This document shows positions 8,542-17,107 of a stretch of 32,000 nucleotides of DNA, piece by piece. The DNA is from Candidatus Saccharimonadota bacterium (GTDB taxonomy: Bacteria; Patescibacteriota; Microgenomatia; UBA1406; GWC2-37-13): the NCBI GenBank assembly GCA_016700135.1, contig CP065004.1, positions 120,001 through 152,000 on the forward strand, in the 5' to 3' direction. Position numbers and translations under genes: made by a program. Below the pieces are notes generated by a model. That model was not told the origin of the DNA. It made no database searches and saw only the letters and a program-made list of their open reading frames with translations. Each line of letters opens with the position of its first letter. The first letter of the stretch is position 1.

Positions 8542-8585
8542 CAACCTACTTTCTAAAAATCCAATCCTATGCTATTCTAAGATGT

Positions 8586-9053
8586 ATGAGAAATAAAGAA
8601 CAACCACATATACTTCACAATTTTGAAGGCAAAAACATTGTCAAAACCGTTTCAGTTCCGTTTATTGTTCTCGTTCTTGCCGGAGCTCTTGTGCTCGGCG
8701 GTGCGACGGGATTTCTTGCCAATATGGTAACTTCAAAATCCATGTCTTCCGGAAACTCAGATACCAATAATTCCGAAACCTCAGAAGGAGGGTCAAAAAC
8801 GAGTGCCGGTATCCTCGATAAAGAAACCTTTAAAGATACGGCTGAAGGAACGCTTCGTGAAGGCGGATTTGAAGGTGAAGGCAGCTTCCACCTGGAAAGA
8901 CCCGGAGGAGAATCTCAGAACGTATATCTTACATCTACAACAGTTGATCTTTCCGAATTTGTTGGTAAAGAAGTCCGGGTTTGGGGACAGACCTTTGATG
9001 CAAAAAAAGCCGGTTGGCTCATGGACGTCGGATATATTGAGGTAAGCCAATAA
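8586..9053 (+). CDS. Hypothetical membrane-anchored exported protein (155 aa)
   Basis: ATG start, a single N-terminal TM segment (VSVPFIVLVLAGALVLGGATGFLA), a Ser/Thr/Asn-rich spacer and a small C-terminal domain. I recognise no family. Confidence 0.55.
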   Translation: MRNKEQPHILHNFEGKNIVKTVSVPFIVLVLAGALVLGGATGFLANMVTSKSMSSGNSDTNNSETSEGGSKTSAGILDKETFKDTAEGTLREGGFEGEGSFHLERPGGESQNVYLTSTTVDLSEFVGKEVRVWGQTFDAKKAGWLMDVGYIEVSQ

Positions 9054-9244
9054 TATTTTCTAATATCTTCGCCCTCTCTTTAGACTTCTTATAAATGGTA
9101 TAACTACATCACTTTTCATGATTTGCATGTGAAAAGTATGTACTTTGAAAACTGAATAGCGTGAAAATCTTCACTATACAACGAGAACACCTGTATGTTT
9201 TGTAACTTCTCAAACAATGAAGTGATCTGAAAGGAGATCATACA

Positions 9245-11836
9245 ATGAAACGGCTTTTCTCTATATCCATCATGCTCCTTGGGCTTGTCGTTATGATTTT
9301 GCTGACCTCGCAAAGTGTTTGGTCAATTGAGAATGGAAGGTATACGTGGATTTCTGGATCTGGAGACAGTATGCCTTTGAATACTCATCAAGGAATCAGT
9401 GCCGATGGAAACCTGGTTGCGTATATCACTAAGGATATTGAGGGAGATCTTTATGAGCAGGCTTACTTGTGGGACAAGCGCACGGGAAATTCGGAAAGAA
9501 TTTCTCAATATTTTTCTACTCGCGTGGAGAACGTCCTTGTTACGCAGGATGGTAAGTATGCTATCTACGTAGGGTACGAGGCAGACTATGTATCAAGGTT
9601 CTACGACATCTCTCTTGGGAAGGAAACCGATCCTTATATTGGCGTTTCTGCATCTTCAGTATCAGCCCATGGTGATTACTTTGTTGGTTTTTTGTCCTCT
9701 GGCGAACATGTACTTTACAATAGAGTGACAAGAACGTATGTCCCTGTGGAAGAACCGATTGGTGGGGCGCCGGGAGAACCGTGGGATCTGCTATCTGTAG
9801 ACTTCAATGGAGACTATCTCTACTATAGCTACATCAAAGATAGAGAAACCTACTCGTCCAAATATGCCATTTATGATCTTGAGACAGGAGAAACGCAACA
9901 TTTTCTCTACGATAATGACACAGGTGAGTGGGTTGGCAGTAAACTACAGGTAGTATCACAAAATGGGAAAACAATCCTTTTCCTCGGCCAGAGTTCGGCT
10001 GTTTGTGAGGGTTACTACTTGTGGAATGTCCCGGAGAAGGCGTACCAGTGCGTAAATTTGCAACAAGGTGAATATCTTGCCCTATCAGGAGATGGAAGGT
10101 ATCTGATAGGCACTTGGGAACAAAAGGACCAAATCTATGACTTTGAGACGGGTGAGGAAACAGTAATTCGAGCGCACATCATATGGGATCAATACTATTT
10201 TGCTTCGGAAGCAAATACGATACTTCTGATCACGACTGATCAGATTGACCCAGATGATCTCGACGCTTCGTATGATCTCTATCTCTATGAATTCGACGAT
10301 AGCTCCGATCCTACCGAGACTTCAACTCCTACGGTAACACCTACACCGACAAGCACCCCGGATGCTTCTCCCACTCCAACCCCCACACCGACACCGGAAG
10401 GGTTTGATGTGAAGGAAGATGCGTGGAGTTTTGAGAACGCGGGATACGACATCACCTGGGAGCATTTCCGTGCGGCGTTTGGGGATGGTCAGACGATGAA
10501 AGCGAATGGAGAACCTAGCGATAGAGCGGATAATGAATTCAAGGGTAGAGGATTTGAGTCTATGGCTGACGGAGGACTTTGCTTCGGATACAATCTGACT
10601 ACATCGAAATTGTATGCCGATCTCCCTCATGGATTCTCACTCCCATCCGGATTCACAGAATACGAGACGGTGCATGACGTCCCGAGTCCTGGATATTCCT
10701 TCGGAAGTCTACAGAAAGGTGTACTCGGAGATTATCTTGCCACATACTTCCTGTACTCACAAGGGACAGAGTTTCTGACACAGTATGTTCAAAATCAGAA
10801 TCTTTCGTATGCTCAGATCGAGTCTCGCATCAAAAGTTCGATCGAAGGCGATATGAATGATCCGCTTCTTTTGAATATCTACTATGTCCCGGCTTTTCCC
10901 TGGCCACTCAACTTCTGTATCGCACATGTGGTGACACCGTTCAAGTACACGGAAGACGTGACCGGCATGAATGTCTTTGTCTACGACGCAAACTATCCCG
11001 ACCAAGAGAAGAAGCTGCGGCTGAGTAAAGATGGTACATGGGGGTATGAAGGCTGGGCAAGCACACAGGAGTGCCGCCTCAAGACATTCAATCCAGCCAG
11101 TCCGGAATATCATACAAAGCCGATCCTCGTCCCGATATCTTCCAGTACTGTCGCCGGAACACCGACACTCTTTCCGGAACATGGTAGTGAGGTCGCATCG
11201 ATCATGAGTTTGACGAACGCATGGATATACCCTCAGGAAGGAATGTTCTTGACACTGCCTCTCAATGGGATATCAGACAGCGTTCACAGAACTCTTGTTG
11301 TCACAGATACCGGCAGAATTTCCGCGACCGTCTTCTACACGGATGGGATCAGCTCCAATATCGGTATCGCTTCCCCGGACTCAGTGATGTCAGTCGAGGC
11401 GATCGGTCCGACATACGGCATGACAGACGTTGTGGCATTTGATCCATCTGAGGCGTCTTTTGAGCTGACGGCAGGATCAACCTTGACCAGAACAATCAGT
11501 ACGATCGTGTCTGAGGGTGATGCCGAGAAAGCAACACGGTTGACTTGCTCATATCCCGATTCGAGCATGACGTCACTGGCATCGGATATGCAGAAATCTG
11601 TCATCGCAGTATCAGAAGCATTGGAGCATTGTCACCTCGTTGTAGATCAAGATGTAGAGTTGGCATACACCTTGCCGTCTCTGCCATCCGGCTCTACAGT
11701 CACGCTAGCAGTTCAACCTGATCAGTCACTTTCAGTAGGGATCGATACTGACGGTGATGGGAGTGTAGATACCGAGATCCTCGTCGAGCATGAGGATACG
11801 ACCAGGTATTTATACCTACCGCTGATCGAGAGATAG
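9245..11836 (+). CDS. Large secreted protein: signal peptide, PD40/TolB-like beta-propeller repeats, Pro/Thr linker, and a C-terminal region with a candidate Cys-His-Asp peptidase-like core
   Basis: SD AAGGAG lies 8 nt upstream of the ATG. The signal peptide is MKRLFSISIMLLGLVVMILLTSQSVWS. The motif (S/T)xDGxxhh recurs (SADGNLVAYI, TQDGKYAIYV, SAHGDYFVGF, FNGDYLYYS, SQNGKTILFL, SGDGRYLIGT). The PT linker spans 10307-10402. GGLCFGY, CIAHVV and VYDANYP follow, and DTDGDGSVD lies near the C-terminus. Confidence 0.7.
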   Translation: MKRLFSISIMLLGLVVMILLTSQSVWSIENGRYTWISGSGDSMPLNTHQGISADGNLVAYITKDIEGDLYEQAYLWDKRTGNSERISQYFSTRVENVLVTQDGKYAIYVGYEADYVSRFYDISLGKETDPYIGVSASSVSAHGDYFVGFLSSGEHVLYNRVTRTYVPVEEPIGGAPGEPWDLLSVDFNGDYLYYSYIKDRETYSSKYAIYDLETGETQHFLYDNDTGEWVGSKLQVVSQNGKTILFLGQSSAVCEGYYLWNVPEKAYQCVNLQQGEYLALSGDGRYLIGTWEQKDQIYDFETGEETVIRAHIIWDQYYFASEANTILLITTDQIDPDDLDASYDLYLYEFDDSSDPTETSTPTVTPTPTSTPDASPTPTPTPTPEGFDVKEDAWSFENAGYDITWEHFRAAFGDGQTMKANGEPSDRADNEFKGRGFESMADGGLCFGYNLTTSKLYADLPHGFSLPSGFTEYETVHDVPSPGYSFGSLQKGVLGDYLATYFLYSQGTEFLTQYVQNQNLSYAQIESRIKSSIEGDMNDPLLLNIYYVPAFPWPLNFCIAHVVTPFKYTEDVTGMNVFVYDANYPDQEKKLRLSKDGTWGYEGWASTQECRLKTFNPASPEYHTKPILVPISSSTVAGTPTLFPEHGSEVASIMSLTNAWIYPQEGMFLTLPLNGISDSVHRTLVVTDTGRISATVFYTDGISSNIGIASPDSVMSVEAIGPTYGMTDVVAFDPSEASFELTAGSTLTRTISTIVSEGDAEKATRLTCSYPDSSMTSLASDMQKSVIAVSEALEHCHLVVDQDVELAYTLPSLPSGSTVTLAVQPDQSLSVGIDTDGDGSVDTEILVEHEDTTRYLYLPLIER

Positions 11837-11856
11837 GATGTACAGTCCTACTTAGA

Positions 11857-11895
11857 AAGCCTTGGAGCAGATCATTTGCTCCAAGGCTTTTTTTA
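11857..11895. terminator. Bidirectional rho-independent terminator shared by the convergent 863-aa and 204-aa genes
   Basis: A perfect 12-bp stem, AGCCTTGGAGCA (11858-11869) pairing with TGCTCCAAGGCT (11877-11888), closes a 7-nt loop. A T7 run follows on the + strand. Confidence 0.75.
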
Positions 11896-12507
11896 TTGCA
11901 TTTTCTCAGCAAAAAAGAAACTAGAGTTACAGGTACGGTAGTGAGTGTATTGATAGGCATCTTTGGTATTTTTATCAACAACTCCTAATTCACCATTTTT
12001 ATCTGGTATTACCCAGTAAGTTGATTTTTCTCCAAATACCCGTATACGATCTCCCGGGTGGACTTCATACTTCACCCTCAGCTGTTCTTGCAGTCGAGAG
12101 AATTGGTTCGATGGGTCAACAGGAGGAAGTGATGGATCCCGTTCTTTCTCAGGAAACCCAATGATCCTTCCGTAACAAGGTTGCTGATAGATTGTATAGA
12201 AATTGATATATGACCTGGTATAGTCCATCTGCCAGATGTGTACCGTAGCGTACGTCCCATCATCTTTCAGAATGTCAAAAGATCCATGCCTATCACAACT
12301 ATTCCCTTCTCCGTATACCTGTGTGTCCCAATCGCAGCCAGGACGTGTCGCATTATCAAGTACTACTCCCTCCACGTATCCTGCATTCAAAAGAACAATC
12401 GGATCATATTGCCAGCGTAAGTAATGTCCTGCGGAGAGGAGAAGGCACAAGAGCACAAACAAAAATATATACCTCTTGTTTCGTATCGATTTTATACGTT
12501 TAAACAT
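11893..12507 (-). CDS. Hypothetical Cys-containing membrane-anchored protein (204 aa)
   Basis: ATG start at 12507 and an N-terminal anchor YIFLFVLLCLLLSAGHYL. There are 5 Cys in the predicted extracytoplasmic part. I recognise no family. Confidence 0.55.
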   Translation of the reverse strand: MFKRIKSIRNKRYIFLFVLLCLLLSAGHYLRWQYDPIVLLNAGYVEGVVLDNATRPGCDWDTQVYGEGNSCDRHGSFDILKDDGTYATVHIWQMDYTRSYINFYTIYQQPCYGRIIGFPEKERDPSLPPVDPSNQFSRLQEQLRVKYEVHPGDRIRVFGEKSTYWVIPDKNGELGVVDKNTKDAYQYTHYRTCNSSFFFAEKMQ

Positions 12508-12606
12508 ACATTCATTGTAGCACTACGAGAATAAATATTGAACATCTTAAGTACAATACCAATTTTTTACTTTATACTTTTTGTTCCATCCTTTATACTG
12601 ATATCT

Positions 12607-13284
12607 ATGATTTCTTTTCAGAACGTATCGGTAAAATATCCTCTCGGTAATATCGCGCTTGACAGTGTTTCGTTCGATGTTGAAGACCGGGAATTTATTT
12701 ATCTGGTCGGACCATCAGGAGCAGGCAAAACCACTATTCTTCGGCTCCTTTTGAATGATACAAAACTCACTGAAGGCAGCATTCTTATTGACGATATGGA
12801 AATTACACCGGCAAAATTTAAACAGGCCGCCCAACTCCGCCAAAAAATGGGTGTCGTGTTTCAGGACTTTAAAATACTTCCTGATGATAACGTTTATGAG
12901 AATGTCGCACTCAGCATGCGTATCAAGGGATATCATCCGTCCGAGATTAAAAAGCAGGTTACCGAATCTCTTCAGCTGACCGGAATTGAAGATAAAATGT
13001 ATCAGTTTCCCGCACAACTTTCGGCGGGAGAACTTCAGCGTGTGGCTATTGCCCGTGCCGTAGTCGGAGACCGGCGCATTATTCTGGCAGACGAACCCAC
13101 GGGAAATCTGGATCCGAAAACGACCTGGGAAGTAATGAAGATTTTTAAGGAACTCGAAAAAACAAAAACCATTCTTTTTGCAACACACAATACCGATATC
13201 GTGAATAGTATGAAGCGGCGCGTTATCGTTCTTAAGAACGGCAAAATTATAAAAGATAAAAAGAAAGGGGGATACGAACTATGA
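12607..13284 (+). CDS. ftsE: Cell-division ABC transporter ATP-binding protein FtsE
   Basis: Walker A GPSGAGKTT, signature LSAGELQRVAIARA, and Walker B ILADEPTGNLD. The 225-aa length is typical of FtsE. The track ORF starts at TTG 12538 and adds a hydrophobic extension; I prefer ATG 12607 (MISFQNVSVKY). Confidence 0.9.
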   Translation: MISFQNVSVKYPLGNIALDSVSFDVEDREFIYLVGPSGAGKTTILRLLLNDTKLTEGSILIDDMEITPAKFKQAAQLRQKMGVVFQDFKILPDDNVYENVALSMRIKGYHPSEIKKQVTESLQLTGIEDKMYQFPAQLSAGELQRVAIARAVVGDRRIILADEPTGNLDPKTTWEVMKIFKELEKTKTILFATHNTDIVNSMKRRVIVLKNGKIIKDKKKGGYEL

Positions 13285-14171
13285 GCGATATTCTGACTTC
13301 ACTTCGGAGAACACCATATCAAACATTTGCTGCACTGTCGGTACTCTTTTTTACGCTGCTTTTGTCGGGCTTATTGTTTATTTCGCTAACCTTTTTACAA
13401 GGGCTTCTTAACTATGTTGAAACTCGTCCCCGTATTATTGTTTATTTCCAGGTGAAAGCCGAAGAGGACCAGATTTTTGCTGCACGTGACAAACTGGAAG
13501 CATCCGGCAAAACAGCTGACATAACGTATGTTTCAAAGGAAAAAGCTTTTGAAATTTATAAAGAATTTACGGAAAATGATCCCCTTCTTGTTGAGATGAC
13601 TTCAGCTGAAATTTTGCCTGCTTCTCTTGAAATTGATGCAAAAAAACCTGAGTATTTGCCGGAGCTTGCTGACATGCTGAAAAATCAACCCGGGGTTGAT
13701 GAAGTGCAGTTCCAAAGAGATATCATAAACAATTTGCTTAACCTTACATCAAATGTGAGACGGGTCACATTTATCTTTTTCAGCTATCTCATGTTTATGT
13801 CTATCATTGTGTTGACGACTACATTGTCATTTAAAATTGCATTGAAACGTGAGGAAATCAGTATTCTGAAACTTCTCGGGGCAACGAACATGTATATCCG
13901 CAAACCGTTTATCGGTGAAAGCGTATTTTTGGGAGTGCTTGCGACAGCTCTTTCCAATATTGTGCTGATCGGCGTGTTGATTCTCATGAATGCTTTCCTT
14001 ACGGAATACTTTGCGGACTTAGGGAACCTGAATATGTCTTTGTTCGGACTTCCGCTTCAGGTGTGGCCGTTCAGCCTTCCTTTTGCGATTCTGACTTTAT
14101 CTGTCACGGCTGTCTTTAGTCTCTTTATTACTCTCATCTCAAGTTTCGCTGCAACAAACAGGTACCTGTAA
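13281..14171 (+). CDS. ftsX: Cell-division ABC transporter permease-like protein FtsX
   Basis: ATGA start/stop overlap with ftsE and an SD (AAGGGGG) upstream. The topology is TM1, a large extracytoplasmic loop, then three C-terminal TM helices, which is typical of FtsX. Confidence 0.85.
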   Translation: MSDILTSLRRTPYQTFAALSVLFFTLLLSGLLFISLTFLQGLLNYVETRPRIIVYFQVKAEEDQIFAARDKLEASGKTADITYVSKEKAFEIYKEFTENDPLLVEMTSAEILPASLEIDAKKPEYLPELADMLKNQPGVDEVQFQRDIINNLLNLTSNVRRVTFIFFSYLMFMSIIVLTTTLSFKIALKREEISILKLLGATNMYIRKPFIGESVFLGVLATALSNIVLIGVLILMNAFLTEYFADLGNLNMSLFGLPLQVWPFSLPFAILTLSVTAVFSLFITLISSFAATNRYL

Positions 14172-14233
14172 TATTTTCCTGACTGAAGTATGCTTGCAGG
14201 TTGAGTTTGGCATCGGTTACAATGTGCTTGTTC

Positions 14234-15463
14234 ATGAAAAAAAAATTACTCACGACTCTATTTCTGACTCTTCTTACCGCAGTTCTTACTGCATCAATAT
14301 CTGTATTTGCTGAGGAACCGACAGGTACTCCGACTCCGACAGAAGGCCAAAGTCAGGCACAGTCACGCTCGGAACTGGAAAAGAAAATTGCCGAATACGA
14401 ACAAAAACTCGGTGAAGTCAGATCACAAAAAAATACACTTTCTGCACAGATCGAATACATGGACACACAACTTTATATTGCGGAACTTCGTATCAATCAG
14501 ACGGAAGCAAAAATTACCGAAACCGAAAAGGAAATTGATGTCCTCGGCGCCCGTATCACTAATCTTGATTCATCGTTAGATCAGCTCTCCGAAACCCTGC
14601 TCCAGCGGATTGTTGCAGGATACAAAAACAGAAGTGCAAACACGCTTGATATTCTTCTTGACAGCACGAATGTGTCAAAACTGGTAAACAGGCTGAAATA
14701 TTATCAGCTCGCACGGGACAGGAACCAAAAAGCACTACTGCAAGTACAGGAAGCAAAAAGCAATTTTGAGGAACAAAAGGATTTACGGGAGAAGAAAGCG
14801 GAACAGCTGGCTTCGCTGAAGACCACGCTTGACTCACAAAAGCTTGAAGTCTCAAGACAACAGGACGAAAAACGAGTCTTATTAACTGCAACCCAGAATG
14901 ATGAAGCAAAATACAGTGCCCTTCTGGAAGAAGCACGTCGTCAGATTGCTGCTTTTAAAAGCTTCGTTCGGATCACGGGAGCAGGAATCATAAGTGCTGA
15001 CGGACTCGGTACAGGCGAAGGAGGATGGTACCTGTCACAGCGGGATGAACGATGGGCCGGTGCAGCAATGGGTTCGTCAAGCGAATCAGTTCTTGACGTC
15101 GGTTGCTTTATCACGAGTATTTCAATGGTGATGCGTCATGACGGTGTCAGCGGATTTACACCGCTTGAACTGGCATCAAATCCCAAATATTTTGTTCCCG
15201 GTACGGCATATATGTATATTCCGTCAAATTTTAACGGATCCTGGCCAAACGGAAAAAACTATCGAAATATAAGTTCAAGCCAACTGTCGGATTATCTCAA
15301 CCGGGGAATCCCTGTTATTGCAGGCGTACGGGGATCAAGTCACTACGTCGTACTGAAAAAAGTAGACGGATCAGATTATATTATGAATGATCCGATTTAC
15401 GGACCTGATAAAAAAGTTTCCGACTATTACTCCCTTTCAGGGCCATACGGAGTCTTTGAATAG
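14234..15463 (+). CDS. Secreted coiled-coil protein with a C-terminal papain-fold (Peptidase_C39_2-like) domain; putative FtsEX-coupled cell-wall hydrolase
   Basis: The signal peptide is MKKKLLTTLFLTLLTAVLTASISVFA. About 200 aa of heptad-rich coiled coil resemble the N-terminal parts of PcsB, CwlO and EnvC. The C-terminus carries YLSQRDERW...VGCFITSISMVM (Cys codon 15104-15106), SSHYVVLKK (His codon 15341-15343) and NDP. The track start is TTG 14201; I prefer ATG 14234. Confidence 0.7.
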   Translation: MKKKLLTTLFLTLLTAVLTASISVFAEEPTGTPTPTEGQSQAQSRSELEKKIAEYEQKLGEVRSQKNTLSAQIEYMDTQLYIAELRINQTEAKITETEKEIDVLGARITNLDSSLDQLSETLLQRIVAGYKNRSANTLDILLDSTNVSKLVNRLKYYQLARDRNQKALLQVQEAKSNFEEQKDLREKKAEQLASLKTTLDSQKLEVSRQQDEKRVLLTATQNDEAKYSALLEEARRQIAAFKSFVRITGAGIISADGLGTGEGGWYLSQRDERWAGAAMGSSSESVLDVGCFITSISMVMRHDGVSGFTPLELASNPKYFVPGTAYMYIPSNFNGSWPNGKNYRNISSSQLSDYLNRGIPVIAGVRGSSHYVVLKKVDGSDYIMNDPIYGPDKKVSDYYSLSGPYGVFE

Positions 15464-15500
15464 TTGATTTTTTGTTATACCATTATGTATCATATTTATA

Positions 15501-16703
15501 ATGGTATTAATTCTTCTCTTATTGATCTATCCCTTCTCCGTATTTGCCGCCGAAACAAATGCTGATATTTACATCAATGAATTCCAAATTGAACCATTAC
15601 AGCAGGTTGAAATCGTGAATCGGGGAATCAGTCCTTTTGATATATCCGGCTGGTATATTGACGATGACGGCGGGACAAGCTACTACACAGTATCCCAAAG
15701 AACAATTATTGAGCCGAATTCCTGCGTAGTAATTGAAGGAAAATTCAATCTGAATAAAGCCTCCGGTGACACAATACGATTGTTTGATTCTACCGCTCCT
15801 CCGACTGCTACACTTTCAGGACTTATCGATTCCTATACCTACGATACCAGTCGGGGAGAATTTATTTCATTTCAGAGAATACCCGACGGCTCGGAAGGCT
15901 GGTTGCCGGAACCTTCAACTTTGGGAAATTGGAACGGAACAAAAACCTCCTGTCAAATACTGCCCTCTCCGACACCGACACTGATCTCAACACCTATTCC
16001 CGAACAGACACCGACACCGTCTCCGACAGATATACCACCTGTCACGAACATCCGCATATCCGAAACTATGGTGTATCCGGATTCAGGAGCAAATGAATGG
16101 ATTGAGCTTTACAACCCGAACAATCACGATGTAACACTCCTCAACTGGTATATTGACGATACGTCTGATGCAGGTGCCTCTCCGAAAAGATTTACGTTAC
16201 TGCTTCCTGCAAAAGATTATGGCGTGTATGAACTTTCTTCAGGGATATTTAATAACAGCGGAGATTCAGTAAGACTGTTGAATTCTTCAAACATAGTTAT
16301 CGATAGTTTTTCATATCTGAATGCACAAAAGGGTTTGAGTGTGGGCAGGCCGGAGATAATGACAGAAGCCGTCTGCCGTATGGAACCGACAAACGGATAT
16401 GAGAATGAAAGCTGTTCGGAAACAACACATGCGACCCCAGAACCACCTGCTCCCGAAGTAACGCCGATACTTTCTCAATTCATCACAATACCAGAGAGTA
16501 ATACGTCTGAATCAACTGTTTCGGACTATATGATCGTTGTTACGATGCCGGAAACCCGACCAAAGAACCCTGACATACTCGGAACAGATGACTATGTCAA
16601 CCATTCTGAAGATGGTCAAAAACTCATTTCACTCTCATCACTCTCACCTTTATATTCTCTCCTTTCAATTATTTCACTAACTGTTAAAATGAAATTGAAG
16701 TAG
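15501..16703 (+). CDS. Lamin-tail-domain (LTD) x2 surface protein with a Pro/Thr linker and a C-terminal TM anchor
   Basis: There are two LTD-like modules: IYINEFQIEP...VEIVNRGISPFDISGWYIDDDGG and IRISETMVYPDSGANEWIELYNPNNHDVTLLNWYIDD. The PT linker spans 15961-16040 and the C-terminus is hydrophobic (LSPLYSLLSIISLTV). Confidence 0.7.
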   Translation: MVLILLLLIYPFSVFAAETNADIYINEFQIEPLQQVEIVNRGISPFDISGWYIDDDGGTSYYTVSQRTIIEPNSCVVIEGKFNLNKASGDTIRLFDSTAPPTATLSGLIDSYTYDTSRGEFISFQRIPDGSEGWLPEPSTLGNWNGTKTSCQILPSPTPTLISTPIPEQTPTPSPTDIPPVTNIRISETMVYPDSGANEWIELYNPNNHDVTLLNWYIDDTSDAGASPKRFTLLLPAKDYGVYELSSGIFNNSGDSVRLLNSSNIVIDSFSYLNAQKGLSVGRPEIMTEAVCRMEPTNGYENESCSETTHATPEPPAPEVTPILSQFITIPESNTSESTVSDYMIVVTMPETRPKNPDILGTDDYVNHSEDGQKLISLSSLSPLYSLLSIISLTVKMKLK

Positions 16704-16714
16704 TTCTTTTTTTT

Positions 16715-17107
16715 ATGAATATCAAAAAATTTCTGTTGGCATGGGGACCTGCGCTTGCTTTGATGATCACGATTTTTTTCCTGTCATCCCGTCAGCGCAT
16801 TGCCGTTTCGGAAGTCTATACCATAAATTTTATTGTCTTTAAATCGCTGCACGTGATCGAATATGCTGCTCTGTTTTTTTTGGTGTTTCGCGGATTTTAT
16901 CGGACACTTTCACACAAGAACATGAAGAAGGTTTTTCTCTATGCCATTGTAACAACATTCCTTTACGCACTTTCAGATGAGCTCCATCAGACATTTGTCC
17001 CGACCCGAAACGGATCAATAAGAGATTTGTTCATTGATAGTATTGGAATTCTACTGTGTTTTCAGTATACTAAAATTAATCTGGCCAAATTGAAACTATT
17101 TTTATGA
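16715..17107 (+). CDS. VanZ-like family membrane protein
   Basis: 130-aa protein with 4 TM segments and the VanZ hallmark SDELHQTFVPTRNGSIRDLFIDSIG. Confidence 0.75.
   Translation: MNIKKFLLAWGPALALMITIFFLSSRQRIAVSEVYTINFIVFKSLHVIEYAALFFLVFRGFYRTLSHKNMKKVFLYAIVTTFLYALSDELHQTFVPTRNGSIRDLFIDSIGILLCFQYTKINLAKLKLFL

Noticed and set aside
9054-9244. tRNA, tmRNA, SRP or 6S RNA genes in this and the other long spacers (19049-19315, 28390-28506, 28981-29080)
   Set aside because: I found no T-arm GTTCRANNC with a flanking 5-bp stem, no acceptor/anticodon geometry, and no recognisable conserved ncRNA motif by eye. A covariance-model scan would be needed to be certain.
9245-11836. Horizontal transfer of the 863-aa gene, inferred from higher GC
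   Set aside because: Spot counts of single 60-nt lines gave 52-58% GC in the 3' half. However, housekeeping genes in the window range from about 30% (a line in rpoB) to 52% (a line in fusA). Without a proper windowed calculation the signal is not distinguishable from local variation.
12538-12606. N-terminal extensions implied by the longest-ORF track: ftsE TTG 12538, rpoB TTG 20994, dnaG TTG 5853, rpoD GTG 4006, CPBP TTG 2815, hydrolase TTG 14201, PilM-like TTG 5870, YtxH-like TTG 19539, phosphoesterase ATG 31209
   Set aside because: In each case the extension adds residues with no counterpart in homologues, and for ftsE it adds a TM-like segment to a soluble ATPase. An ATG at the homology-supported N-terminus exists downstream. 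Exact starts still need experimental or comparative confirmation.
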